From: a virus
IMG/VR virus record: IMGVR_UViG_3300010371_000030
Coordinates: 32,001-96,000 of that record
Strand: one strand, 5' to 3'
Length of the DNA stretch: 64,000 nucleotides
Each line of letters starts with the position of its first letter. The first letter of the stretch is position 1. The notes under the pieces are model-generated. The model saw nothing but the letters and a program-made list of their open reading frames with translations. It did not search any database and was not told the DNA's origin. This document shows, in pieces, positions 1 through 8,890 of this stretch. Both the position numbers and the translations under genes were made by a program.

Positions 1-656
1 GTGAAGTTGGAGCCCAGAATCGACTTTCCACGGCCCGTGGTACCCATGATGAGTCCCACCTCGCCCTTCCGGCCGCCACCGCCCAACGCCTTGTCGAGGC
101 GAGCGATGCCGGTGGGGATGACCCTGAACTCGTCGGGGTGTTCCTTCTCATACTTGCGAGCGGCCTGTCGCTCGCCAAACTCCTCACTCCATCGAATGTG
201 CGTCCAAGTACGCTCCACGGAGACACCCCGGGAGACGCCCGCCAGCGCCTTGTCCGCGGCGTCGAGGTCATTCTTGGACAGCGCCTCCGCTCCGCGCTCC
301 ATGGCCAGTTGTAGCGTGACGTACCGAACAAACTTGGTCAGTTGTTCGAGCGCCGCTTTGGGGCCTGCCGGCTTGGTCTTCAGGAGGCGATGGACGAAGG
401 TGAGATGTAGCGCACGCTCCTCATCCTTCTTGAAGTCGGTCCGAGCCCGAGCGATGATGAGCTTGGCGTTTGGACGCTCCCGGTACTTGGCCCACGTCTC
501 GGCTGTCACCTTCCATAGCCAAGCACGCTCCTTGGTCCCGAAGTGGTGCGCACTACAGATGCGCGACGCCGTGCGCAGGTACGAATCGTCACGAAGACAC
601 TGCCCCAAGACAGCATCTTCAAACTCGGCATCGAACGTCGCTTCAGGCTCACTCAT
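1..656 (-). CDS. dnaB: DnaB-like replicative helicase, N-terminal part (runs off the left edge)
   Basis: Not in the ORF track; translated by hand from ATG at 656 (ATGA overlap with upstream stop): MSEPEATFDAEFEDAVLGQCL...VIPTGIARLDKALGGGGRKGEVGLIMGTTGRGKS. The IPTG..LD..LGG motif plus Walker A is typical of DnaB/RecA-fold helicases; lies directly after a DnaC-like gene. Confidence 0.85.
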   Translation of the reverse strand, partial: MSEPEATFDAEFEDAVLGQCLRDDSYLRTASRICSAHHFGTKERAWLWKVTAETWAKYRERPNAKLIIARARTDFKKDEERALHLTFVHRLLKTKPAGPKAALEQLTKFVRYVTLQLAMERGAEALSKNDLDAADKALAGVSRGVSVERTWTHIRWSEEFGERQAARKYEKEHPDEFRVIPTGIARLDKALGGGGRKGEVGLIMGTTGRGKSILGSNF

Positions 657-1327
657 TGGATGCCCAGTTCCTTCTTCATCCTGGCCTTGGCCGCCTTGCG
701 GAAGTCGCCCGCCTCCAGAGGCACCACTGTGTACTTCCCCTCCAGCATCGACTCGATGCTCGACCCATACATCTTGGTCAGAGCGGCATACGACAGATTG
801 GTGGCGAGGAGAACAGGATCGCCATCGTCATACCGACGCTTGAGAAGCAACTCCAACTGCGTCGTCAGCCACGAGTCCGCCTTGTAGTGCTCCTTGCCTA
901 GCTCGTCAATGGCCACGAAGTCCGAGTCCAGCAAGAACGCCAAGCGCCGATCAGAGTCCGGGCTGTGGAAGCCTCGCTTGATGTCGGCATCCAGTTGTGC
1001 CAGCGTGGTGTAGTAGGCCGTGCGCCCTCGCCGCAGGGCCTGTGTGAGCACGAACGACATGAAGATGGTCTTGCCCGCTCCGTTGTCACCGCTGAACAGC
1101 AGCGAGTAGCCACGGACCATCGCCACCTTCATTCGAGCCGTGTACTTCAACACACACGCATCGAAGGCAGCCCGATTGTACTTGATGTCGCCACTCCCGA
1201 CGTTCCAGAACGTCTTGGGGATACACGCTTCATAGCATCGCGTGTAATACAGCGCTCGTGTATCGTCGTCACCGAAGCGCTCCGCCATGGACGCTTGGAA
1301 GATGGAGACTTGTTCCGGCGTTCTCAT
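653..1327 (-). CDS. DnaC/IstB-like AAA+ ATPase, helicase loader
   Basis: Walker A LLFSGDNGAGKT, Walker B FVAIDELG, LKRRYD...VLLATNL; sits between initiator and helicase. Confidence 0.88.
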   Translation of the reverse strand: MRTPEQVSIFQASMAERFGDDDTRALYYTRCYEACIPKTFWNVGSGDIKYNRAAFDACVLKYTARMKVAMVRGYSLLFSGDNGAGKTIFMSFVLTQALRRGRTAYYTTLAQLDADIKRGFHSPDSDRRLAFLLDSDFVAIDELGKEHYKADSWLTTQLELLLKRRYDDGDPVLLATNLSYAALTKMYGSSIESMLEGKYTVVPLEAGDFRKAAKARMKKELGIQ

Positions 1328-2802
1328 GGCGTGAACAACACCTCCGCGACAAACTCCGCCATCTCTTTGGCCTTACCAGCTGCCATGAACACCTTCGTTC
1401 CTTTGGCCAGCAGTTCTGCGTTGTGCTGTAGAGTCAGCAGATACCTGTCGTTGTACGCTTGCGTCTTGAAGCCGCCCTGTTCCAACGTCTTCCGCAACTC
1501 CGGATGGAGTTGCCCCATAGCCGTGTAGCTGTTGCCCGCCGGTGGCTTCGGGCTTTCTGCCGACACGGCGGCCGACGTCGGCGCCGGGGCGGACATGGAC
1601 GAGCACGCTACGCGGTCGATGTTGGCAGGAGACTTCAGGAAGCTAAGCGGCGGCAGAACCATGTCACGTTGTGCGAAGTTGCCGATGTTGGCGTCCCAGT
1701 ACTGGAGAAGCTGGCGTGGTGTGACGCCCTTCCGAAGGCACATGATGCCCGCCTCTTCAGCGTATCGTCGCTCCTCGGCAGAGACGTTGTACGTGCTGAC
1801 CAGCTTGCGACGCCGCTCCGCCTCGCGCCGATATCGTGTGTAGATGCGGCTGAACTCGGTCGCAATCTTGTCCACGAGAGCTTGGCGTGACTTGTCGCTC
1901 TTGGGTCTGTCGAGAATGGCCAGGAACAGCGGATGTCTCCGGGAGCCGGGGTCAAAGGTGAGCACCGGGTCCTCATACCTATCCAGCTGTACCCAATCAA
2001 TAGTACCGGGAACGCGCCCTTGAATCTTTTGTGCTGTGGCGTGGTTCTTGCCGTTGGCAGCGCGCGCCTCGCTTCGCTCGGCTCTAAGCCTCTGTCGATC
2101 CGCTCCGATCCTTTCGACCATAGAAAGGGATCCGATCTTAGGCCCAGCAGCAAGAGGCTCCTTGTAGGCACCTTCGGACACGAATTTGACACGCTCTCCA
2201 TCGCCATCAAAGGCGATCTTGGTGGCAGCAAGAATGCTTTGTACACAGGCGGCCTGGAAGTCGGTCGACATCGCCGAAACTCCAGCGCCGATGGTCATCG
2301 AAAGGGCTTGCTGGGAAAGTCCGACTGGACCCCTGGGAAAGTCCGAATCCTGGCCTGGGAAAGTCCGACTGAAGCCCTGGGAAAGTCCGACTGACACAGT
2401 AAACGTGTCGGTTCCGACGTGAGTCACGCGAGGCTCCGCCCTGTCGAGGGCTGCGACGGCGACGTCTGCGAGACGCGCGAAATGGTGCGCGCGAGCATTG
2501 ATCAGAGCACGACGCTCGATGATGACGCGCGTCGGCCGACCGCCCCCGACGGTGTCAAATGAGATGTAGCCCTTGAGATGGAGCTCACGGAGAACTTCGT
2601 TGCTCCGGCGTTCAGAATACTTGAGCAGCTTGGCGAGTTTGCCACGACCAGAAGCCAGCTCATCATCCGTCGCGACGATGAGACGCATCCAAACGGCGAA
2701 TCCTTCGCTGGTCAGCTCATCAAAGGCAGTAGAGATGCGGGCGGGCCCTACTCCGGGGTGCGAGACTGGCGTTGCCTTCTGCCGTCTTACGATTGGATCC
2801 AT
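1324..2802 (-). CDS. Phage replication initiator (lambda O-like position, N-terminal winged HTH)
   Basis: HTH-like LAKLLKYSERRSNEVLRELHLKGYI; internal iteron array; precedes loader and helicase. Start set at MDPIV (2802, GAAGGA upstream) rather than 2943 because a terminator-like hairpin lies at 2867-2908. Confidence 0.7.
   Translation of the reverse strand: MDPIVRRQKATPVSHPGVGPARISTAFDELTSEGFAVWMRLIVATDDELASGRGKLAKLLKYSERRSNEVLRELHLKGYISFDTVGGGRPTRVIIERRALINARAHHFARLADVAVAALDRAEPRVTHVGTDTFTVSVGLSQGFSRTFPGQDSDFPRGPVGLSQQALSMTIGAGVSAMSTDFQAACVQSILAATKIAFDGDGERVKFVSEGAYKEPLAAGPKIGSLSMVERIGADRQRLRAERSEARAANGKNHATAQKIQGRVPGTIDWVQLDRYEDPVLTFDPGSRRHPLFLAILDRPKSDKSRQALVDKIATEFSRIYTRYRREAERRRKLVSTYNVSAEERRYAEEAGIMCLRKGVTPRQLLQYWDANIGNFAQRDMVLPPLSFLKSPANIDRVACSSMSAPAPTSAAVSAESPKPPAGNSYTAMGQLHPELRKTLEQGGFKTQAYNDRYLLTLQHNAELLAKGTKVFMAAGKAKEMAEFVAEVLFTP
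2311..2390. repeat. Iteron array 1: four copies of CTGGGAAAGTCCGA at 22-bp period, probable replication origin
   Basis: Copies start at 2311, 2333, 2355 and 2377, inside the initiator gene as in lambda ori. Confidence 0.85.
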
Positions 2803-2866
2803 CGTTTGGATTCCTTCCATTGTGCCCACGTCCGTCTGGGTCGGAAACCGCTGTATCCCTCTGCTT

Positions 2867-2908
2867 AAAAGCAAACGGCCGACATCCCGTTGGAGGATTG
2901 TCGGCCGT
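2867..2908 (-). terminator. Intrinsic terminator-like hairpin upstream of the initiator
   Basis: 10-bp stem ACGGCCGACA (2875-2884)/TGTCGGCCGT (2899-2908), followed on the minus strand by TTGCTTTT. Confidence 0.65.
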
Positions 2909-3035
2909 CTCTGCTCACGAAGCAAGCGCCCGAGCGCGCCCACCGTCCGCCGCTCGTCCGTCCCTACGTCAAGCAGCGTAGGGAGAAGCCTAACCGGCGA
3001 ACGTCCGGAGCGAAAGCGTTTTTTCGCCCAGTCGG

Positions 3036-4526
3036 CTAATTCCTGACTTCGACAAGAAACGCTGGCTCAGACTGGTACGCTTCCAACCGAGCTTGGGAGT
3101 GCTCCTCCAAGTAATGGTTGGTTTCGTCCATAAAGTCGATGAACAAGGCTACACGCTTGCCCTCGGCCATCGTCAGGTTACGCTGTCGCTGGATGGCTCT
3201 CTTGATATCCCTGCCACCTTCCGCGTTGATGACACACTCGACGGCCGGGATGTCCACGCCCTCGCCCAGGACTGTGCCAATAAGCACGTTGAACTCACCA
3301 GACAGCATACGCTCGATGAGCGCGCGGCGTTTATCCTTCCGCTCCCGCCCCGTGATCTTCTCGTTGGGCACACCCACGGAGTCGAGCCATCGACGAAGCG
3401 TGTTAATGTGCTCCAACTCACGCGCGAGGATGAGCACCTTCATGCCCATATCCACACTCGCCTTCCGGGCGAGCCGAGCGATCATGCTATTGCGCTTGTC
3501 GTTGTTCGTAAGACACATCGAGCGCATCATATCGCTCCACCCCGCAGTCTTGAAGCCGGTCGGTGTGGTAATGCGATACATCTTGACGTTCTGGCGCATC
3601 AGGTAGCCAGCTTCAATCAAGTCCGACATGGACAAGTCGGTTCTGACGGGCCCAAACACACCCTTGAGCCAGATGATGCCGCGCTCCGCTTCCTTCACAT
3701 CGTCCAGGAAGACGGTGGCAGAGAGCGCGACCTTGAACATGGCATCGAAGTCGTATGGAATCTTGTACCACTCGCCCTCGCCCCGGATGTGGTGCGCTTC
3801 GTCGCAGATGAACACGTCCCGCGTGTGAATCAGTTCCTTGTAACGTGGATCCATCGGGCGTCCATTCTTCTTGCCTGGGTCCGAACGTTTGCCGCGCCAA
3901 CGCGCGAGCGATTGAAGCATCGCCACGATGAAGAAGCCATCCTTGTACTCGGAGTCCCCAATGTATCCAATGTCGAGTCCGGGCAAGGACTCCCGCAGGG
4001 AGGCAACCGTCTGCTCCAACAGCATCTGGCTCGGCACGCCGAACACCCCGGGGCGCCCGATTCGACGGATGACTTCAGCCGCTGTCTTGGTCTTGCCCGA
4101 GCGGATGGGCATCTTGAGAATGCCCAGTCCTGGCATCTGGCAATTGAAGATGGAGTCGACCGCCGCCAGCTGGTAGGGACGCAACTGGATGTCTGGATTC
4201 CACGCGATGTCCACGCGTTCGTGGTGGGCATATCGCTCATTCACGACCTTGTAGGGCAGCTTCATCCGCTTGAGCTCTCTGGCGATGTCGATGGCCAGGC
4301 CTGCGGGCGCGAAGTACCCTTCTGGCTCTGCGTACTGAAGCAGATGCTCCTTGCCGTCCCATCGTTTGGCCCGGAAGGCGGGTGAGAAGTGCGAGCCCGC
4401 GATCTTGTAGCTGGTCAATCTTCCAATGGCTCGTGTCACCTTGAGCGAGGCGCCCGAGATGACCACGTGACGATTGGTGACCCGAAGGGTGATCATGGCG
4501 CCGTACGATACCTGGCGCCGTGTCAA
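3036..4526 (-). CDS. Superfamily 2 DNA helicase (UvsW/XPB-like)
   Basis: Q-motif LRPYQ, motif I MPIRSGKT, DEAHH, LSAT, LGEGVDIP, IQRQR. Start may be at 4496. Confidence 0.9.
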   Translation of the reverse strand: MTRRQVSYGAMITLRVTNRHVVISGASLKVTRAIGRLTSYKIAGSHFSPAFRAKRWDGKEHLLQYAEPEGYFAPAGLAIDIARELKRMKLPYKVVNERYAHHERVDIAWNPDIQLRPYQLAAVDSIFNCQMPGLGILKMPIRSGKTKTAAEVIRRIGRPGVFGVPSQMLLEQTVASLRESLPGLDIGYIGDSEYKDGFFIVAMLQSLARWRGKRSDPGKKNGRPMDPRYKELIHTRDVFICDEAHHIRGEGEWYKIPYDFDAMFKVALSATVFLDDVKEAERGIIWLKGVFGPVRTDLSMSDLIEAGYLMRQNVKMYRITTPTGFKTAGWSDMMRSMCLTNNDKRNSMIARLARKASVDMGMKVLILARELEHINTLRRWLDSVGVPNEKITGRERKDKRRALIERMLSGEFNVLIGTVLGEGVDIPAVECVINAEGGRDIKRAIQRQRNLTMAEGKRVALFIDFMDETNHYLEEHSQARLEAYQSEPAFLVEVRN

Positions 4527-4600
4527 CGCGCTGTCAGCTTATGCTGCGGGGAGGGCGACGTCTGGGCCGACGTATGCGGGCGAACGTCGGCCTGCCAGGT

Positions 4601-5359
4601 TCAGGCAGCGGCGTGGAGCGGGTGCGCGGAGAGGGGCAGCCGCGGCGGGCGAGGCGGAGTCAGCAGACGCTGGACGTGGCGCGCGGTGGGATGGCACCTG
4701 TCGAAACCGTGCTTGGCGCACTTCGGGCACGCGCCACCCGGCCTGGTCCGCTCTGCCGGGATCTGGCTCGTCTGCCCGTTGATCATCACCATCATGTAGC
4801 CGCCCATGGCCGTGTCGACGGACCAAGGCGACGTCAGCACCTTCATGAAGTCCACCGGGTGCCCGACCGGCGAAGCGTCGTTGAAGTAGTCGGGCGTCAC
4901 GAAGTCCGACATGGCCACGTTGTTGATGCGGTAGATGCGCCCTTCGCACGGGTCGCTGAGCTCGTCGGCCACGTGCATCTTCTTGGCCTCTGACCACCAC
5001 CAGTTGTTGACGCCAGGATCCTTGAGAGCCTCGGCCGCTTCGTGACTCACCGTGGAAGTGATGTCGTCCAGGCTCATGCCGTCGGTGAAGATGTACCCGA
5101 TGGGCATCCCGTTCTGGTCGGTGGTGTGATATCCGGCCGCCCCGGACACGTCGGACGCTCGGGCCAGCCGAAGCTGGGTTGAGCCGGGCGGAGCGGCGCC
5201 CGGCTCGCTGACGGCGGTGACCGACGGAGCGACTAGCCCCCAGATCGGGCAGACGTCGCGCGCCAGCTGGATCTGGAGCGCTGCGCCCACCTCGCTGAGC
5301 TGCGCGAGGGTGATCGCCGGAGAGCCCGCGACCAGGCAGAACTGCTTGATCGCAATCAC
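4601..5359 (-). CDS. Putative zincin-like metalloprotein (HExxE)
   Basis: GAAGYH, TVSHEAAEALKDP and ELSDPCE motifs; GTGA overlap with the upstream lipoprotein gene. Confidence 0.6.
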   Translation of the reverse strand: MIAIKQFCLVAGSPAITLAQLSEVGAALQIQLARDVCPIWGLVAPSVTAVSEPGAAPPGSTQLRLARASDVSGAAGYHTTDQNGMPIGYIFTDGMSLDDITSTVSHEAAEALKDPGVNNWWWSEAKKMHVADELSDPCEGRIYRINNVAMSDFVTPDYFNDASPVGHPVDFMKVLTSPWSVDTAMGGYMMVMINGQTSQIPAERTRPGGACPKCAKHGFDRCHPTARHVQRLLTPPRPPRLPLSAHPLHAAA

Positions 5360-5766
5360 TGCTGCACCTGCGCCTTCACGCCCTTGTCGGCGAGCTGCGC
5401 CACGAGCGCGCTGGCAGCGTCCGGCCGGAGCACGCCCACGAGGCGTCCGCTGTCGGACAAGCGCACCTCCTTGAAGCCGGTGGCGGTCGCGGCACCCTTG
5501 CGGACGGCCTGGCTGGCGACGTTGAGCCCTCCGCCGATGAGCTGGAGCACCTCCTGGCAGATGGTGCCGGCCGTCGGATCGTCCGCCACCGCGGACACCC
5601 AGGAGCAGCCGGGCCCAGCTACCGTGTTGGTGACGTTGCCCGCCGTCTGAAGGTCGGACTTGACCGTGGACGTCGGAACGTTGCAGCCGACGGATGCGCC
5701 GGGAAGCGCCGCCGCGAGCACGGACGCGAGGATGATGTTGGCGAACAATTGTTTGACGGTGAGCAT
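5356..5766 (-). CDS. Predicted lipoprotein
   Basis: GAGGAGG RBS before ATG at 5766; hydrophobic signal IILASVLAAALPGASVG followed by Cys. Confidence 0.6.
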   Translation of the reverse strand: MLTVKQLFANIILASVLAAALPGASVGCNVPTSTVKSDLQTAGNVTNTVAGPGCSWVSAVADDPTAGTICQEVLQLIGGGLNVASQAVRKGAATATGFKEVRLSDSGRLVGVLRPDAASALVAQLADKGVKAQVQQ

Positions 5767-5785
5767 CGTGAACCTCCTCAAGAGG

Positions 5786-8700
5786 TCAGGTGTAGGACAG
5801 CAGGTTACAGACAAGCGAAGTGTTGCTGCCGCTGAAGGTAGTAGTCACGAACGTGGACGTGACACCGCTGTTCGAAGCACGTCCGATGATCGTAGAAGAC
5901 ACCCCATCTGAAGCGTCAAAGTTGATGGCCGAATAAGTAGTGTTGTTCCAGTAAATGAAGCCATTCATGATCATGTGTTGCCGCCCGTTAAGCGTAGAGG
6001 TGTGCCCGGTGAGGTTGATCACCGGGTTTCCGTCGGTCAGCTGGGTGCACTCGATGCGGAAGTCATTCACGAACAAGCGATTGCACTCGTCCCCATAGAT
6101 GACCGGACAATGGTTCTGCCCCATCCATCGCAGATAGAGACCACGGATGGCCACGCTGTCGCTCGATGAAGGAACATAGATGAAGGCGAGCGAACCAGGC
6201 CCCGCAGAAGCCGCGTTGGGCGAGGCAGGACCGTTGGAGCAGTTGAGCAACTGGCAGCTATTGCCCAGACGGACAACTCCATCGGTGCAAGACACAGCGC
6301 CGTAGCCTCCGCCTCCGCCGCGCGCTTCCAGCATCACGCCGTCCAGCTGAACGCAATCGTCCAAGTACAGGCCATACTGCCATCGATTGGAACCGTCGCC
6401 GCCAGCGCCGAAGTCGATGTGTACGTCGCTGTGCTTGGTCACAGGGCTGATGAACGCCACTTGGTAGGTGGAAAGGACTCCGACGGGCGATCCCAGGTTG
6501 CCGACCTTGAAACGGTGGCCGCGCGTCTTGTTCATGGCGATCATCGCCGGGAAGCCCGCCGCCAGGCTGTCGTTGCTGGTCGTACGCGTCAGACCGTTGT
6601 AGTCCACCTGGATGTTGTTGAACGTGCACGAGGCGACGTTGTTACCAACGCAGTACAGCGTCGGGCCGTTGTGGATGTTGATGCCCGAGCCCGTGGTGTA
6701 GAAAACGTACAGTCCATCCACGTGCATGATACCCGTCTGGCCGTCGTCGCCAAAGCGGATCAGCGGGTTTTGGGCTCCAGTCGGACGGGCCGCCGCGCTT
6801 CCGATGAGCACCAAGTTGTTTTTCCACGTGAACTTGCCGCCGTTCGCCGGGGTGGCCCAGATGAACTTCGGGTCTGCCAGCGTATGCGGCGACGACAAAT
6901 CCTGTCCATCGGCTACAAAGATGCAGTCTTCCACAGTCCCCGTGCACCCCGGCGCGTAGAGCGCTTGCCCCTCGGCCGTGAAGATGTAGCAGTTTCGCAG
7001 GTGGATGTCGGCCCCGTTTCGAGCGCTGATGACGGGCGAGTACACGCCCGGCGTGGCGAGAAACACGCAGTTGTCGAAGGTGTACTTGTGAGTGCCGTTG
7101 AGAAACACGGCAGGCACGTCCGCCGAATTGACCCAGAAGATGCAGTTGCGGAAGGTCACAGGCGTGATGATCTCATCGCCAATCGTCGGACCGCCCGTCA
7201 AGTCCGACCTGAATGCCGCGGTGGCAGACAGCGATGAGGCGTCGGGCCCATAGATGACCACGTTCTCGATGGTGCCGAACGACAGGTTGTTACCGCCCGT
7301 AGCATGGGCGATGCCGAGCGATTCGGAGTTGGGCGCGTTGTCTCCGGTCTGTGGCTTGATGATGCCGTTGCGGAGATGATACGGCTGAAGGCGGAGGACA
7401 TTGTGATCCAGCAAGCCGACGTAGCCCGCCCGGATGCCGAAGTCTTCCATGATCACGTTGTTGCCGTTGACAGGATCGCCCAACGCAATCGAGCCGGTGC
7501 TGGTCGGGTCAGCATCGAGATAGCACCGCATGAACGTGCCACGGTAGATGGCAGAGCCCGTGACAGGTCCGCTCGTCGTGATCCACGTCCGGACGGAGGG
7601 ATCGGCGCCGGATGGATCGGACACCTCGCCCAGCACGAACGATTGATTGGCCCCCGTATCGCCGCCTGGAGCGATCATGTACTTGTTTGCCGGATTGGCA
7701 ACACGCTTGAGGTAGTACAGCCCCGAAGTCTGGAACTGAGTGGCGAATTCCGTATTGGAGTAGTCGCCGATGAAACCAGAGCCTTGGTCTCCGAACGTGG
7801 CCGTGACGCTCCGGGCGCGGCGGAGTTGCGTGTCAGGCCCTTTCAACAGGAACGTCTGGAGAGTGTCGGTGGACGGATTGAACGTCCCGTCCGTCACGTT
7901 GCCCAGACCACCCGCGGGCTGCGCCGCCATGGGCTTCCTGGGAGTGAACGCCGTCATGTCCACGCCCAGACGCGAGACGCCCGAGGGGATTGCGGTGGAC
8001 GCCAGAACATCGACCACCTGCTGGAAGCCTTCTTGGACCGTTCCGGCCGTGATCCACTTGTACGTGGTGAGCAGAATCTGGCTGGCATCCTCGAACGTCT
8101 TGAGGACTCTCTGGTTGGAGTTGTCGAAGCTGACTGGGGTGTTCCCGGTGCCGACTCCGAGCACGGTGCCGAGGAAGCACACCGTGGGCGTGAACTGTAG
8201 ATTGATCGTTTTGGTGATGATCGGACCTTCCAGGCACACCGTGTAGTCGGCTGCGTTGGTGTCGACGCTGTTCTGGCCCAGATTGCCGGCGGTGATGATG
8301 TAGTTGTGCGTCCCGTCCCACTGGCACGTCTGGGACTCGATTGCGATGGCCGCCGTCGTGGCCTCCTGCGCCGGAACGTTCATCCACACTTGGAACGTTC
8401 GGCCAGCATACGACGTGCCTGACTCCACCACGGCGTCGACCACGATCTTGATCGTGCCATTGCCCAGGTCGGTGATGCTCGTGGGAGCGCCGGAGCGCCC
8501 GATCTGGTCGATCATCCCGCGATACTGCGGCCTGCCCGTGCGCGGATTGATGGTGATCTCGTTTGGAATCTGCGTGTGCGTCAGACCGACATAGTACAGG
8601 ACCCCCAGGTTGTTCTCGAAGAACATCTGCTGTCCTCCGATGGCCTGGGTGATGTCCATGATGTGGCCCTCGCCGTCCGTCGCGAGGCTCGTGCCCGTCA

Positions 8701-8887
8701 CATGGACGGTGTTTGGCACCGAGGAATCGAGCACCAGGAGCGTATCGAACACGCCGTCCAGATTCCAGTGCGTCTTGATGGACTCGATGACCTGCGCCTG
8801 GAGGTACTGGACCACGCGCACGGCGAAGTCCTGGAATCCCAGGATCATCTTGTCTTGGAGGTTGGCCTGTTCGAGCCCGGTGGTCAT
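5786..8887 (-). CDS. Tail fibre/tailspike with right-handed beta-helix repeats
   Basis: 1033 aa; last gene of the tail module; repeats such as VTFRNCIF, YTFDNCVF, IHLRNCYI, TVEDCIF. Confidence 0.75.
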   Translation of the reverse strand: MTTGLEQANLQDKMILGFQDFAVRVVQYLQAQVIESIKTHWNLDGVFDTLLVLDSSVPNTVHVTGTSLATDGEGHIMDITQAIGGQQMFFENNLGVLYYVGLTHTQIPNEITINPRTGRPQYRGMIDQIGRSGAPTSITDLGNGTIKIVVDAVVESGTSYAGRTFQVWMNVPAQEATTAAIAIESQTCQWDGTHNYIITAGNLGQNSVDTNAADYTVCLEGPIITKTINLQFTPTVCFLGTVLGVGTGNTPVSFDNSNQRVLKTFEDASQILLTTYKWITAGTVQEGFQQVVDVLASTAIPSGVSRLGVDMTAFTPRKPMAAQPAGGLGNVTDGTFNPSTDTLQTFLLKGPDTQLRRARSVTATFGDQGSGFIGDYSNTEFATQFQTSGLYYLKRVANPANKYMIAPGGDTGANQSFVLGEVSDPSGADPSVRTWITTSGPVTGSAIYRGTFMRCYLDADPTSTGSIALGDPVNGNNVIMEDFGIRAGYVGLLDHNVLRLQPYHLRNGIIKPQTGDNAPNSESLGIAHATGGNNLSFGTIENVVIYGPDASSLSATAAFRSDLTGGPTIGDEIITPVTFRNCIFWVNSADVPAVFLNGTHKYTFDNCVFLATPGVYSPVISARNGADIHLRNCYIFTAEGQALYAPGCTGTVEDCIFVADGQDLSSPHTLADPKFIWATPANGGKFTWKNNLVLIGSAAARPTGAQNPLIRFGDDGQTGIMHVDGLYVFYTTGSGINIHNGPTLYCVGNNVASCTFNNIQVDYNGLTRTTSNDSLAAGFPAMIAMNKTRGHRFKVGNLGSPVGVLSTYQVAFISPVTKHSDVHIDFGAGGDGSNRWQYGLYLDDCVQLDGVMLEARGGGGGYGAVSCTDGVVRLGNSCQLLNCSNGPASPNAASAGPGSLAFIYVPSSSDSVAIRGLYLRWMGQNHCPVIYGDECNRLFVNDFRIECTQLTDGNPVINLTGHTSTLNGRQHMIMNGFIYWNNTTYSAINFDASDGVSSTIIGRASNSGVTSTFVTTTFSGSNTSLVCNLLSYT

Positions 8888-8890
8888 CTG

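Noticed and set aside
2311-2390. Repeat arrays (here and at 43634) as a mini-CRISPR
   Set aside because: 14-bp repeats with 8-bp, partly identical spacers are far too short, and no cas genes are present.
2803-2943. N-terminal extension of the initiator ORF to 2943
   Set aside because: It spans a terminator-like hairpin and lacks an RBS; a later ATG has one.
5786-8887. Diversity-generating retroelement target in the fibre C-terminus
   Set aside because: No reverse transcriptase or template repeat seen in this window.
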